Positions 1 to 10,532 of a DNA stretch of 64,000 bases are shown piece by piece (positions within the stretch are counted from its first letter, which is position 1; every line of letters begins with the position of its first letter). The position numbers were made by a program, and so were the translations under genes. Under the pieces are notes generated by a model, which saw nothing but the letters and a program-made list of their open reading frames with translations, did no database searches and was not told the DNA's origin. Origin of the DNA: an uncultured Gemmatimonadales bacterium (GTDB lineage: Bacteria > Gemmatimonadota > Gemmatimonadetes > Longimicrobiales > RSA9). The stretch is from contig CAWFKH010000001.1 in assembly GCA_963816355.1 (NCBI GenBank), forward strand, positions 320,001 through 384,000. The letters are read 5' to 3'.

Positions 1-2027
1 TCGCGACGGTGGTCGCCATGGTGCTGGCGCTGCCGCTCATGGGGAGTGGTGCGGCGCCGGCGGACCTCTTCGAGCGCCTGATGGAGCCGGTGGCGGCGGC
101 CGCGCGGGTGGCGGCGCCGTGGCTGTTCGCGGTGCCGGCGGGGGTGCTCCGGTGGTCGTTGCTGGCGATGACGACGCCGGTGGTAGCGTGGGCGGGGCGG
201 CGCTTCTACCGGGGCGCGTGGAGCGGTCTGCTGCACGGCAGCGCGGACATGAACACGCTGGTGGCGGTGGGCACCGGGTCGGCGTTTCTGTACAGCGTCG
301 TGGTGACCGTCGTGCCGGGGGTGTTCGAGCGGGCGGGGATCGGAGCCGCCGTGTACTACGAGGCGGTGTCGGCGATCATCGCGCTGGTGCTGCTGGGCAA
401 GATTCTGGAGGCGAAGGCGAAGGGTCGCACGTCGCAGGCGATTCGCAAGCTGGCGGCGCTCGCGCCGCCGACGGCGCGGGTGATTCGGGGAGGCGTCGAA
501 GAGGACGTCGCGCAGGAGGAGGTGGAGGCGGGGGACGAGGTCGTGGTGCGTCCGGGCGAGCGGGTGCCGGTGGACGGCGAGGTGGTGTGGGGGCGCAGCG
601 CGGTGGACGAGTCGCTGCTGACGGGTGAGGCGCTGCCGGTGGAGAAGGCGGTGGGGGACGAGGTGGTGGGGGGGACGATCAATGGCAGCGGCGCGTTTCG
701 TTTCCGGGCGACGCGCGTGGGTGGCGACACGGCGCTCGCGCAGGTGGTGCGTCTGGTGGAGGAGGCGCAGGCGTCGCGCGCGCCGATCCAGCGTCTGGCG
801 GACCGCATCGCCGGGGTCTTCGTTCCGGTCGTGGTGGCGATCGCGGTGGTGGCGTTCGTCGCGTGGATGCTGTTCGGCCCGGCGCCGTCGCTGCTTTTCG
901 GACTCGTCTCGTTTGTGACGGTGCTGATCATCGCGTGCCCGTGCGCGATGGGCCTGGCGACGCCGACGGCGATCATGGTCGGGACGGGGGCGGGGGCGGA
1001 GCGGGGCGTGTTGATCAAGGACGCGGCGACGCTCGAGCAGGCGCACCGGGTGACGACGGTGGTGCTGGACAAGACGGGCACGATCACGGAGGGGCGCCCG
1101 GCGGTGGTAGGGGTGGAGGTGGTGGAGGACGTGTCGGATGGCGTCGATCTGCTGCGGCTCGCCGCGTCGCTGGAGCGAGCGAGCGAGCACCCGCTCGGTG
1201 CGGCGATCGTGGCGGCGGCCCGGGCCCGCGGTCTGGAGCTGGAAGAGCCGACGCGGTTCGAGGCGGTGGGTGGTCGCGGCGCGGAGGGCGAGGTGGCGGG
1301 GCGGAGCGTGGTGGTCGGCAACGAGGCGTTCCTGCGCGAGCGCGGCGTCGCGACGGCGGGCGGGCCGGCGGAGGCGGCGGAGCGCTTCGCGGCCGAGGGC
1401 GCGACGCCGGTGTTCGTGGCGGCGGACGGCGTGCTGCTCGGCGTGGTCGGCGTCGCGGATCCGGTGAAGGCGACGAGCGCGGCGGCGGTCGCGGAGCTGC
1501 GCCGGCTGGGGCTCGAGGTGGTGATGCTGACGGGCGACCGCCGGCGCACGGCGGAGGCGGTCGCCGCGCGCGTCGGCGTCGACCGCGTGGTGGCGGAGGT
1601 GCTGCCTGCGGACAAGGCGAGGGAGGTGAAGCGGCTGCAGGCGGAAGGGTGCGTCGTCGCGATGGTGGGCGATGGGATCAACGACGCGCCCGCGCTGGCG
1701 CAGGCGGACGTCGGCGTTGCGATCGGGACCGGTGCCGACGTGGCGCTGGAGGCTTCGGACGTGACGCTGGTCGGCGGGGACCTGGGCGGCGTGGCGGTGG
1801 CGCTGCGCCTGTCGCGGCGAACGGTCCGCGTGATCCGGCAGAACTTCTTCTGGGCGCTCGTCTACAACGCGATCGGCATTCCGATCGCCGCGGGCGTCCT
1901 CTACCCGTTCTTCGGGATCCTGCTGTCGCCGGTGATCGGCAGCGCGGCGATGGCGTTCAGCTCGGTCAGCGTCGTGCTCAACTCGCTGCGACTGAGGCAC
2001 GCCGCACCGCGGCCGACGTCGGCGTGA
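1..2027 (+). CDS. copA: Cu(+)-type P1B heavy-metal translocating ATPase (5' end outside window)
   Basis: [30 protein letters not shown] and MAFSS motifs of P1B-1 ATPases; frame open at the window edge. Confidence 0.95.
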   Translation, partial: ATVVAMVLALPLMGSGAAPADLFERLMEPVAAAARVAAPWLFAVPAGVLRWSLLAMTTPVVAWAGRRFYRGAWSGLLHGSADMNTLVAVGTGSAFLYSVVVTVVPGVFERAGIGAAVYYEAVSAIIALVLLGKILEAKAKGRTSQAIRKLAALAPPTARVIRGGVEEDVAQEEVEAGDEVVVRPGERVPVDGEVVWGRSAVDESLLTGEALPVEKAVGDEVVGGTINGSGAFRFRATRVGGDTALAQVVRLVEEAQASRAPIQRLADRIAGVFVPVVVAIAVVAFVAWMLFGPAPSLLFGLVSFVTVLIIACPCAMGLATPTAIMVGTGAGAERGVLIKDAATLEQAHRVTTVVLDKTGTITEGRPAVVGVEVVEDVSDGVDLLRLAASLERASEHPLGAAIVAAARARGLELEEPTRFEAVGGRGAEGEVAGRSVVVGNEAFLRERGVATAGGPAEAAERFAAEGATPVFVAADGVLLGVVGVADPVKATSAAAVAELRRLGLEVVMLTGDRRRTAEAVAARVGVDRVVAEVLPADKAREVKRLQAEGCVVAMVGDGINDAPALAQADVGVAIGTGADVALEASDVTLVGGDLGGVAVALRLSRRTVRVIRQNFFWALVYNAIGIPIAAGVLYPFFGILLSPVIGSAAMAFSSVSVVLNSLRLRHAAPRPTSA

Positions 2028-2071
2028 ACGGTGATGGAATCGAGGGGGTCGGGATGCGTGATGGAGGCGAG

Positions 2072-2287
2072 ATGACGACGACCACGTTGAAGGTCCAGGG
2101 CATGAGCTGCGAGCACTGCGCCCACGCCGTGACGAGCGCGCTGCAGTCGATCGACGGCGTGCGGACGGCACGCGTCGACCTGCAGGCGGGACGCGCGGTG
2201 ATCGAATACGACGAGAGCCGCGCGGACGTCGCGCGCATGGTCGCCGCGGTCGTCGACGAAGGCTACACGGCCGAAGCGATGTCCTGA
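2072..2287 (+). CDS. copZ: Copper chaperone, HMA domain
   Basis: MTTTTLKVQGMSCEHC...DEGY (GMxCxxC); GGAGG at 2063-2067; C-terminal part of track ORF 863..2287. Confidence 0.92.
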   Translation: MTTTTLKVQGMSCEHCAHAVTSALQSIDGVRTARVDLQAGRAVIEYDESRADVARMVAAVVDEGYTAEAMS

Positions 2288-2341
2288 AGCGGGGCGGCGT
2301 GACGCGGCGCGACTCCTGCATGAGGCGGGCGCGGCGGCACC

Positions 2342-4708
2342 GTGCCGCCCCTCGCCGGAGACGCCGGCGATGCCGACCCGGACTCGCACGAAGCGCCGAT
2401 CACGGTGAGGACTCGCTGGCCTCTTCGCGCGGGGCGACGCCTCGCCGTTCCGCTGCCGGGCGCGGCCCTCCCGGTCGTGCTCGCCGCGTGGGCGGCGTAC
2501 GCGCCCCCCGCGCGCGGGGCGGGCGCCGGTCCGCCGGCGGAGGCCGGGTCCGTCGTGGCCGGTGGGCCGCGGATCTCCTCGATCTCGACGCGGCCGTATC
2601 TTCCCCGCGACAGCACCTCCCCCGAGGTCCGCTCGATCGTCTTCCCGGGTGCGCACGCGCTGGACCGGTCGCAGCTGAAGGCCGCGATCGCGACGAAGGC
2701 GACGCGCTGCAAGTCGGTCCTCTTTACGCCGGTCTGCCTGCTCGGTCTGGGGATCGCGCAGCGGCACGAGTACCTCGATCGCGCGGAGCTTCCACGCGAC
2801 GTCGAGCGGCTGGAGACGCTCTACGAGGCGTGGGGTTATCCGGACGCGGAGGTCACGGCGCGCGTCGTGCCGCCGGACGGCCGCGCGGTGAGCGTCCGCT
2901 TCGACATCGACGAGGGCGCACCGATCGTCGTGGACAGCGTCGCCGTGATCCGGCTCGACACCCTTCAGCCACCGGTGAGCCTGCCGCGGCGGCTGCCGCT
3001 GTCGGCAGGCGACCCGTACGCGTTGCCGCGTCTGCAGGCCACCGAGACGGCGGTGCGGAGCGCGTACGCGGAGCGCGGCCACCCCGGCGCGAGCGTGGAG
3101 ATCGGCGGCTCGCTCGACGAGGCGGCGCGGCGCGCCACGGTGGTGCTGCGCGTGAGCCCGGGCCCGGCGGCGGTGTTCGGGCCGGTCCGGGTGCGGACGG
3201 AGCCGCCGATCTCGGAGAAGGTGGTGCGGGGCCAGCTCGAGTTCGCGCCGGGGGAGCCGTACCGCGCGTCTGCGCTCGACGATTCGGAGGCGAGACTCTA
3301 CGCGATGCCGATCGTCGAGCGGGCGGTCGTGCACGCGCCGGCGGTGCCGGGTGACAGCGTCGTCGCCGTGGACGTGGCGGTGGCGTCGCGGCCGCGGACG
3401 GGCACCGCGCTGCAGGGGACGCTATCGAGCACGGACTGCCTGGAGCTGACGGCCGCGTGGCAGGACCGCTGGTTTCTGGGCGCGCCGCGGATCTTCACGA
3501 TGGGTGTGGGCGTGTCGAACGTGCTCGCCGGCCCGCTCGGTGGGTCGTTCCCCTGCTCGTCGACCGGCGAGGGGATCTACGCGCGGCCCAACTACTTCGC
3601 GCGCGCCGGCCTGGTCGAACCGCTCGCCGGCGCGAGCGCGACGACGTTGATGCTCTCCGGCTACTACAGCCGCCAGTCGGCGCCGGGCGCGTTCGTTCAG
3701 CGCGGCTGGGGCGCGCAGGTGGGAGTGGGGCGTCGCCTGGCGCCCGGGCTGCACGGCTCCATCGCCTACACGTTCGAGCGCGACCGCCTCGATGCCGCGG
3801 AGATCTACTACTGTGGCAACTACGGCGTATGCGACGCCCCCTCGATCGACCGGCTCGAGGGGCCCAGCCGCTTCGCGCCGCTCGGGCTGCTCGCGACGTG
3901 GGACCGCCCCGCGCGCCCTGCTCCGCTGCGCCGCGACAAGTTGCCGCCGTGGGCACTGCGCGCGGAGCCGTGGCGGTTCCACGCCAGCGGCGGCGTCGAG
4001 GCAGCCGGGCCTGCCCTCGGCTCCACGTACCGCTTCGAGCGCGTGCTCCTGGAGGGTGTGGCGAAACGTGCGCTGGGCGAAACCGGCAGCGGCGAGATCG
4101 CGGCCCGCGTGCGCTGGGGCGGGCTGTTCGCGCGCGGCGATGTCGTCCCGCCGCAGGCGCGCATCTACAGCGGCGGTCCGAGCACCGTGCGCGGCGCCGC
4201 GCAGAACCTGCTCGGGCCGCTCGTGCTTCTCGCGACGTCCGAAGATGCGACCGCGATCGGCTGCGACACCGCCGCCGCGACGTGCCCGGCGGATGCGGCG
4301 GCCGACCCGCGCACCGCGATCGTGCGCGCCATCGGCGGCGAGCGGCTGCTGGAGGCGAACGTCGAGGCGCGCTGGTTCGCCCGGCCGAAGCTGGAGCTCG
4401 CCGCGTTCGTCGACTACGGCCGCCTCGGACCCGGGCCCTCCCCGGCCGCGCTGCCGGGGATCGACGCGGCGCAGATGGTGTCACCGGGCGTCGGTCTCCG
4501 CATCATGTCGGACATGGGGCCGATCCGCGTCGACGTCGCCTACGACGCCACCGGCCCCCGGCGGCTGCCGCTCGTGGTTTCCGGCCGCGACGGCGTCACG
4601 CCGTTCGGGACCGTCCTCTACCGGCCGTTCGCGTACGGCAATGCGGGAGGGTTTCACCGCTTCCTGCGCCGGCTCCAGCTCCAGGTGGCCGTGGGTGAGG
4701 CGTTCTGA
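2342..4708 (+). CDS. Omp85 BamA/TamA-family outer-membrane protein (POTRA domains + barrel)
   Basis: POTRA-like repeats (LY...GY.DA.V, GEPY...L), SGG.STVRG, GPIRVDVAY, C-terminal VGEAF; start uncertain. Confidence 0.85.
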   Translation: MPPLAGDAGDADPDSHEAPITVRTRWPLRAGRRLAVPLPGAALPVVLAAWAAYAPPARGAGAGPPAEAGSVVAGGPRISSISTRPYLPRDSTSPEVRSIVFPGAHALDRSQLKAAIATKATRCKSVLFTPVCLLGLGIAQRHEYLDRAELPRDVERLETLYEAWGYPDAEVTARVVPPDGRAVSVRFDIDEGAPIVVDSVAVIRLDTLQPPVSLPRRLPLSAGDPYALPRLQATETAVRSAYAERGHPGASVEIGGSLDEAARRATVVLRVSPGPAAVFGPVRVRTEPPISEKVVRGQLEFAPGEPYRASALDDSEARLYAMPIVERAVVHAPAVPGDSVVAVDVAVASRPRTGTALQGTLSSTDCLELTAAWQDRWFLGAPRIFTMGVGVSNVLAGPLGGSFPCSSTGEGIYARPNYFARAGLVEPLAGASATTLMLSGYYSRQSAPGAFVQRGWGAQVGVGRRLAPGLHGSIAYTFERDRLDAAEIYYCGNYGVCDAPSIDRLEGPSRFAPLGLLATWDRPARPAPLRRDKLPPWALRAEPWRFHASGGVEAAGPALGSTYRFERVLLEGVAKRALGETGSGEIAARVRWGGLFARGDVVPPQARIYSGGPSTVRGAAQNLLGPLVLLATSEDATAIGCDTAAATCPADAAADPRTAIVRAIGGERLLEANVEARWFARPKLELAAFVDYGRLGPGPSPAALPGIDAAQMVSPGVGLRIMSDMGPIRVDVAYDATGPRRLPLVVSGRDGVTPFGTVLYRPFAYGNAGGFHRFLRRLQLQVAVGEAF

Positions 4709-7700
4709 TGCGGTCGCCTCGGGAGGCCCCGTGGTCCGCGCTCGCCCGCGCGCCCGGCCTGCCGCGCCCCGCGGCGCGAGTCCTGGCGCTCGGCCTCGCC
4801 GGGGCCCTCGTGGCCTGCGGCGGCGAGGGCTCCCCGATCTCCAGCAGCATACCCCAGCTCCGCGAGCTGCCGGAGCTCGTCCCGGCCGACGTGCCGCCCG
4901 CCTCGCGCGTCACGATCCGCATGGGCGACGTCGCCTACCGAACGAAGGGCGCGCGCGTCACCGCGCGGCGCGTCGAAGCGGTGCTTCGCGTGCCACGCTC
5001 TTCGGCCGCCCGTGCCCTCGACGCGGTGCGCCTGGAAATCGACCGGCCGACGGTCACGCTGCCGCCGGCGCGGCCGGAGCACGGCGGCGGCGGGAGCGCG
5101 GCGCCGGGAGCGGCGGAGGGCGCGGCGATCCGCCGGCGTGTCGCGGCGAGCGACCGGGGGCGCACGGCGCTCGACCGAGCGGCCGCCGCCATCGCGGAGC
5201 TCGACCTGCCCCGGTTCGACCCTTCCCTGCTCTTCCGGCCGCTCACCTCGCTGCCGGTGACGATCGAGCGGCTGCGCGTCCGCGGCGGCATCGTGTCGCG
5301 GCCCGCGTCGCGCGTCGCGGCCCGCCCTTCCGGTTGGAGCGTGGAGGGGATCGAAGTGGAGGGGCGCGACATCCGTCTGGGACCGGCGCCGGACCGGCGC
5401 TTCCGCCTGACCGCGTCCGCGGCGTCGCTCGAGGCGGGCGGGCGGCCGCTTCCCCTGCGCGAGATGCGCGCGACCACGACGCTGCAGAACGGACGCCTGG
5501 ACGCGAACGCGGTGGCGGCACTGGCGGCGTCGCGCGCGTCGATCGACGCGCGGGCCACGCGCGCGGCCGGCTGGTCTGCCACGCTCCGCGCGGACACGTT
5601 CACGCTCGCGGACCTCCGCAGCATCGACCCGCGCCTCGCCACGGCGCGGGGCTCGCGCGTGGCGCGCGGTTCGCGCGCGGCACGGGACTCGCTCGTGGCG
5701 CATGGCGCGACGCGCCGAGCGGGCGTGAGCGGATCCCTGCTCGCCCACGCCGCCGGCTCCGCCGACTCGACCCGCGTCACCGTGGACCGGCTGGCGCTCG
5801 CCACGGACTCGTCCGCGGTGCGGGTGGAAGGCGCGGCCGTCCAGCGGGCCGCGGGAGGCGTCTTCCTGGACGACCTCACGGTGGCCCTCGCGCCGCTGGC
5901 CGGGGCGGACCTCCGTGCGTTCGCCGGCCGCGGCTTGCCGCGCGGCGGCTGCCTGACCGGCGGCGTGCGCGCCGCCGGTCCTCTGCGCGGCGACGTGCGG
6001 GTGGTGGGGGAGGTGTGGGAGTCGCCGTCGGCGGACAGCGCGGCGCCGAGCCGGCTCGACCTCGCGGGGACCATCCACCTCGCGGAACAGGCGCGCGTCG
6101 ACCTGCGCATCGCCGCCGATCCGCTCCACGTCGCCGACACGGCCTTCGCGGTCGCGCTGAGCGCGGCGGGGCCGCTCGACGCCGTGCGCCTGGACGGCCG
6201 CGCGGGCCTGCTGCGTGCCGCACCCGCGCGGACCGCGCGCCGCGCGACGACGCTCGGGCCCCGATCCGCCGGGAGCGACGCGGCGGCGATCCCGTTCGAT
6301 GGCGTCGCGGCGGACGTGCGTCCGCCGGAGAGCCCCGCCGCCATCGCCGCGCGCACCCGTTTCGCGGCGGCGATACAGGGCACGGTCGGCCTGGCGGCGA
6401 AGGCGCCGCTCGACGTGGGGGTGCGCCTGGATTCGCTGCCCGCGGCGGCGCTCGTCGAGATGGCGATGCCGCCGCGGCAGGTCGAGCGCGTCGAGGGCGG
6501 CGTGAGCGGCGAAGCGCGCGTGAGCGGGACGCTGTCGAAGCCTCGGCTCGGTGCGCGCGTCGCGATCCGGGGCGTGGGCGCGTACGTCGTACCGGCCGGG
6601 ATCCACATCCACGACGTGGACGGGCGGCTCACGTTGAGCGACGGCGAGATCCGCGTCGACACGCTGGCGGGCCGCGTCGGCGAAGGGCGCTTCGCCCTCT
6701 CCGGCGGCGCGTCGCTGGCGGGAGCGCGCACACTCGCCCTCCACCTGCGTGCCGACTCCGTGCCCGCGATCGCGCGCGACAGCACCCGCGTCGTCCTCTC
6801 GGCCGACGTCGCCGTGGCGGGGACGGTGAAGCGGCCGCGCGTATCGGGCCGCGCGGTCGTGCTCTCCGGGCGCGTGCACGAGGACACGTTCAAGCCGTCC
6901 ACGACGATCGACCTGCAGGATCCGCCGTACGCGGCGCTCGCGGCGCGCGCGCCCTGGATCGGCCACTCGCGGCTGCTGCGGGCGTCGCCGGACACGGCCT
7001 CGCCGCTGCCGCTCGACCTCGACCTCGAGCTCGGGATCCACTCCGATTTCAAGATCTGGGACGAGGACTCGCTCACCGGCTCCGAGGGCGCGATCCACCT
7101 GACCACGGAGCCGGATGGGCTGCACGTCGTCGGGACGGCGGCCGTGGTCGACGGCTTCTACGAGTTCTACGGCAAGCGCTTCGACGTGGTGGGCGGGGCG
7201 TTCGACTTCCCCCCGGGCGGAGGCCTCGAGCCGCGCGTGGCGATCCTCGCGACCTACGACGTCCCGCCGTCGCTCGGCCGTGACGCGGCGGCGGTCGTCG
7301 CCGAGGCCGACTACCCGCCCGTGCAGTTCCTCGCCCGCGGCACCGGGCACGACGAGGAGCAGGAGATCCGCTGGCCGACGCTGCTGCCGCGGACGCGGGC
7401 GGAGCGGGGCGCGTTCCTGCTCTACGGCGACGATCCGGGGCCCGTCACCGGCTGGCGCCCCGACGCCTTCTACCTGCCCGCCGCCCCCGCCGGCTTCGTC
7501 GACGGCCGCTCGGAGAACCAGCTCGTCAACCTGTTCTGGAGCTACGCCGCCGACGAAGGCTACGACTACATTCCGATCGACTACGGCGTCCTGCGCGGCG
7601 GCTGGATCCGCGTCGGCAGCCACTACCCCGCGCCGTTCGTCGTGGGACCGATGATGCGCGGCTCCGTCCGCCTCGGGGACGCCGGCTGGCTCCTGGTTTC

Positions 7701-7881
7701 CGAGCCGCTCCAGGGCGACGCGGCGCCCGGGCTCCGCCTGCGCCACCGCGCCGCGGGCGGCGAGATCGACCTCTTCGACGAGCCCCGCTTCTTCGCGGCG
7801 CCGATCGCGGGCGTCGGGGACGCCGGCTTCTTCACGCGCCGTCGATACGGCATGGGCGTGCGCTGGCAGTGGAACTTCTGA
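4708..7881 (+). CDS. TamB/AsmA-like translocation and assembly module protein
   Basis: Coupled to the Omp85 gene (TGATG overlap); beta-taco-like repeats (GTLSKPRL, GTVKRPRVSG), G.Y.FYGKRF.V..G...F; ends WQWNF. Confidence 0.75.
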   Translation: MRSPREAPWSALARAPGLPRPAARVLALGLAGALVACGGEGSPISSSIPQLRELPELVPADVPPASRVTIRMGDVAYRTKGARVTARRVEAVLRVPRSSAARALDAVRLEIDRPTVTLPPARPEHGGGGSAAPGAAEGAAIRRRVAASDRGRTALDRAAAAIAELDLPRFDPSLLFRPLTSLPVTIERLRVRGGIVSRPASRVAARPSGWSVEGIEVEGRDIRLGPAPDRRFRLTASAASLEAGGRPLPLREMRATTTLQNGRLDANAVAALAASRASIDARATRAAGWSATLRADTFTLADLRSIDPRLATARGSRVARGSRAARDSLVAHGATRRAGVSGSLLAHAAGSADSTRVTVDRLALATDSSAVRVEGAAVQRAAGGVFLDDLTVALAPLAGADLRAFAGRGLPRGGCLTGGVRAAGPLRGDVRVVGEVWESPSADSAAPSRLDLAGTIHLAEQARVDLRIAADPLHVADTAFAVALSAAGPLDAVRLDGRAGLLRAAPARTARRATTLGPRSAGSDAAAIPFDGVAADVRPPESPAAIAARTRFAAAIQGTVGLAAKAPLDVGVRLDSLPAAALVEMAMPPRQVERVEGGVSGEARVSGTLSKPRLGARVAIRGVGAYVVPAGIHIHDVDGRLTLSDGEIRVDTLAGRVGEGRFALSGGASLAGARTLALHLRADSVPAIARDSTRVVLSADVAVAGTVKRPRVSGRAVVLSGRVHEDTFKPSTTIDLQDPPYAALAARAPWIGHSRLLRASPDTASPLPLDLDLELGIHSDFKIWDEDSLTGSEGAIHLTTEPDGLHVVGTAAVVDGFYEFYGKRFDVVGGAFDFPPGGGLEPRVAILATYDVPPSLGRDAAAVVAEADYPPVQFLARGTGHDEEQEIRWPTLLPRTRAERGAFLLYGDDPGPVTGWRPDAFYLPAAPAGFVDGRSENQLVNLFWSYAADEGYDYIPIDYGVLRGGWIRVGSHYPAPFVVGPMMRGSVRLGDAGWLLVSEPLQGDAAPGLRLRHRAAGGEIDLFDEPRFFAAPIAGVGDAGFFTRRRYGMGVRWQWNF

Positions 7882-7927
7882 GGCGCGTCTCCGCGGCCCC
7901 CGAACGAGCTGCGGAGGCGCGCTCCCG

Positions 7928-8149
7928 TCAGCCGCCGAGCTCGGCAGCGAAGCCGGCGCCGCGTACGGTCGCGAGCAGCTCGTCGATCAGCGCCTCGTCG
8001 TCCTCGTAATCGACGCTGGCACAGGCCTCTGCACGGTCGGCGACGACGCCGTAGACGCCCCGGACCCGGCGCAGCGCCTGCTCCACGGTTGCCTCGTCGT
8101 CCACCCCACGCATCCCCTGGATGCAGATCTTCAGCGTGGGCACGGTCAA
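7928..8149 (-). CDS. HMA-fold small protein lacking CxxC
   Basis: LKICIQGMRGVDDEATVEQAL..V.GV...V...AGF pattern of HMA domains; overlaps the stop of the upstream gene. Confidence 0.65.
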   Translation of the reverse strand: MTVPTLKICIQGMRGVDDEATVEQALRRVRGVYGVVADRAEACASVDYEDDEALIDELLATVRGAGFAAELGG

Positions 8150-9180
8150 CCTCCTCCGCCGAGGTAGATGTAGCCGTCGGCGACGTCGTCCAGGACGTAG
8201 CCGCGCGGCAGGATCTCGAGCTCGAGGCCGGCGCTCGCCCGCGTCGCGATCGGGTCCGGCATGAACGCGAACGCCCGCGTCACCGGCACCGCGAGGGTGC
8301 CGCGCCGGCCGAGCCGCGCCTCGATGAGCGGATGGAGGCGCGTCCCGCCGTACGCCGCCACCCGCGCCACCGCGCCCGGCCGCGTCGCCGCGTCGGGCAG
8401 GAGCGTGGCGACCTCGCGGCCGTACTCTGTGACAAGGCGCGCGCCGAGCCAGCGCATGGCGATGCGCTCTCCTCCGCCGATGCGCAGCTCACCGCGGCCG
8501 CCGCGCAGCGCATGATAGCCGCCCACGACCACCAGCACGCGCGCCCGCGGCGTCCGGCTCAGGATCACGTCGTCCAGCGTCGCCGCCATGTGTTCGTCGC
8601 GCGAAGCGAAGCGCCGCGCCGATGCCTCGAGCGACAGCGCGTCGCGCGGCGGCCAGTCCGGCCGGTCGATCGCCACAATGCGGATCCGCCGCGCCGCGTC
8701 GCGCGACGCGTTGATGCGCCACACCGCGCGATACAGTTCCAGGAACGCCTGCTGCGTGCCCCATTGCGGCGCCAGCGCGCGCGGGCTCGCCAGCAGGATG
8801 CCCACGTCTTCCGGCACCGTGCCGAGATAGCGGTCGATCATCGGCTGCAGGTCCGACCCCACCTCGAGGGCCACCGCATCCAGACCCGGACCGGCCGCAA
8901 GCGACTCGGTCACCCGGACCGCGAGCCGCTGGGTCGCCGGCGAGCCTGCGATGTCGCCGAGCAGCACGATCCGGTGCGTCCGCGCGAGATCCGCCGCGAG
9001 ATCCGCCGCGCCCACGCCGCGCTCCTCGACCTCCCGCGCCAGCGCGTCCGCCTCCCTGCCTCCCGCGTGCCGTCCGAGGAGCGCGATACCGGCGACGGCG
9101 ATCGCGATCACGGCCACCGTGAGGCCGCCGCGGACACCCCACCGCCAGCGGCGCCGGCTGCGGTACATCGTGCGTCTCAT
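8146..9180 (-). CDS. Membrane-anchored ChaN/EreA(TIKI)-fold-like protein
   Basis: N-terminal TM helix; IVLLGD, VALE, SRDEHMA, VLVVVGGYH, DGYIY motifs. Confidence 0.55.
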   Translation of the reverse strand: MRRTMYRSRRRWRWGVRGGLTVAVIAIAVAGIALLGRHAGGREADALAREVEERGVGAADLAADLARTHRIVLLGDIAGSPATQRLAVRVTESLAAGPGLDAVALEVGSDLQPMIDRYLGTVPEDVGILLASPRALAPQWGTQQAFLELYRAVWRINASRDAARRIRIVAIDRPDWPPRDALSLEASARRFASRDEHMAATLDDVILSRTPRARVLVVVGGYHALRGGRGELRIGGGERIAMRWLGARLVTEYGREVATLLPDAATRPGAVARVAAYGGTRLHPLIEARLGRRGTLAVPVTRAFAFMPDPIATRASAGLELEILPRGYVLDDVADGYIYLGGGG

Positions 9181-9255
9181 GCGCCGCGGCGGGCGTTGCC
9201 CGGATGCCCCAAGTCCCTTATCTTCAAAGGCCTATACCCTGAAGGAGGAGCGTCT

Positions 9256-9447
9256 ATGGACGACAGTGTGGCACGCGATGCGAAGCGGCTGCTCCTGCGC
9301 TACGGGGCTCCGATCGCCATCGTCGACAAGCTTTCCGACGACGACCGCATCACGTACGCCCGATCGATCGTCCGGACCTCGCTCAGCGAGCGGCCGGCGC
9401 GCCTCAAGAAGCTGCTCGCCGAAGGGGGCTGGACCAACGCGCGCTGA
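9256..9447 (+). CDS. Small hypothetical protein (63 aa)
   Basis: Strong RBS AAGGAGGAG at 9242-9250; MDDSVARDAKRLLLRYG...; host-like codon usage. Confidence 0.7.
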   Translation: MDDSVARDAKRLLLRYGAPIAIVDKLSDDDRITYARSIVRTSLSERPARLKKLLAEGGWTNAR

Positions 9448-9481
9448 CGACCCCGGTCCGGAGTCGCCGCCCCGCAGCGCC

Positions 9482-9511
9482 GAGGCGGCGATTTTTTCGT
9501 CCCGCCGCCTC
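9482..9511. terminator. GC-rich hairpin between ORFs
   Basis: GAGGCGGCG ... CGCCGCCTC inverted repeat; no U-tract after the stem. Confidence 0.35.
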
Positions 9512-9520
9512 GGTGTCGCG

Positions 9521-10462
9521 ATGCTCCGCACGATCCTGGCCGTGGCCGCCGGCCTCGCCGCGGCGACCGTCTGGCCCACCCGCGCCGCGGCCCAGGGCGC
9601 CCCCGAGGGGAGCGTCTGGTTCCCCGCCACGCGACTCTTCGAGCCGCTGCTCGCCGACCCGAACCAGCCCCGCAACACCGCCGCGCTCCTGTGGACGGAC
9701 CTCCTCGAGAGCACGGACGCGTTCGATCCGGGGCGGCCGCGGCCGCCCTTCCGCCTCGCCGGCACCGGAGACGGCAGCGACCTCGAGGGGGCCGTCGGGA
9801 TCGGCTTCGAGAAGGCGGTCGTGCGGCTCGACCGATGGGAGGACGGCGCGCTGGACGTCGGCTTCACGGTCGGCGTCTTCAGCCGCTTCCGGCTCGAGCA
9901 GCCGAGCCGGGACGAGCTGAGCAACGACTGGTACGTCGGCATTCCCTTCACGCTGGCGCAGGGCCCGCTGTCGGCGCGTTTCCGCATCCTGCACCACAGC
10001 TCGCACATGGGAGACGAGGCGCAGGCCCAGGGCGCGCAGCGCATCGAGTACAGCTGGGAGGGCGTCGATGCCGTTCTCGCCCGCTCCCTTGCGCCCCACA
10101 CCCGCGTCTACGGCGGCGGCACGATCGTGCTGCGCACGAATTCGTACGTCCTGGTGCCGAGCGTGGAAGGGGACTACGTACCGGTCGTCTTCACGGAATC
10201 GGCCGCGCTGCAGGCGGGGGGCGAGACCGGCTGGTTCCCCTGGGCGGACGGACGCGCGGGCCTCGTGGCGGGCCTCGACTGGCAGGCGGCCGACCGCTCC
10301 GGCTGGCATCGTCAGCTCTCCCTGGTCGCGGGTGTCGAAGCCGACGGCGCGGCGTTCGGCACGCGGCTCCTCGCGCGCTGTTTCGACGGCCCCTCCAACG
10401 TGGGCGAATTCTTTCTCGGCCGCGAGCGCTACTGCGCGCTGGAGTTCGGTCTCCGCTTCTGA
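9521..10462 (+). CDS. DUF1207-like outer-membrane protein
   Basis: Signal peptide (AAAQ); FEPLLADP, HHSSHMGDE, GPSNVGEF motifs; terminal Phe. Confidence 0.75.
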   Translation: MLRTILAVAAGLAAATVWPTRAAAQGAPEGSVWFPATRLFEPLLADPNQPRNTAALLWTDLLESTDAFDPGRPRPPFRLAGTGDGSDLEGAVGIGFEKAVVRLDRWEDGALDVGFTVGVFSRFRLEQPSRDELSNDWYVGIPFTLAQGPLSARFRILHHSSHMGDEAQAQGAQRIEYSWEGVDAVLARSLAPHTRVYGGGTIVLRTNSYVLVPSVEGDYVPVVFTESAALQAGGETGWFPWADGRAGLVAGLDWQAADRSGWHRQLSLVAGVEADGAAFGTRLLARCFDGPSNVGEFFLGRERYCALEFGLRF

Positions 10463-10532
10463 GGCGCGACCAGCGCGCTCCGAGCGCGTCCGGCGCGCTC
10501 CGAGCGCGTCCTCACGACCGCGACCGTGGCGC

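Noticed and set aside
3792..7746. Very long alternative ORFs (3792..7283 +, 4654..7746 -)
   Set aside because: Arg/Ala/Pro-rich shadow frames of the TamA/TamB genes, expected at this GC content; no motifs.
10473..10511. 20-bp direct repeat between convergent genes
   Set aside because: Two copies of low-complexity GC sequence; probably slippage or terminator-like.
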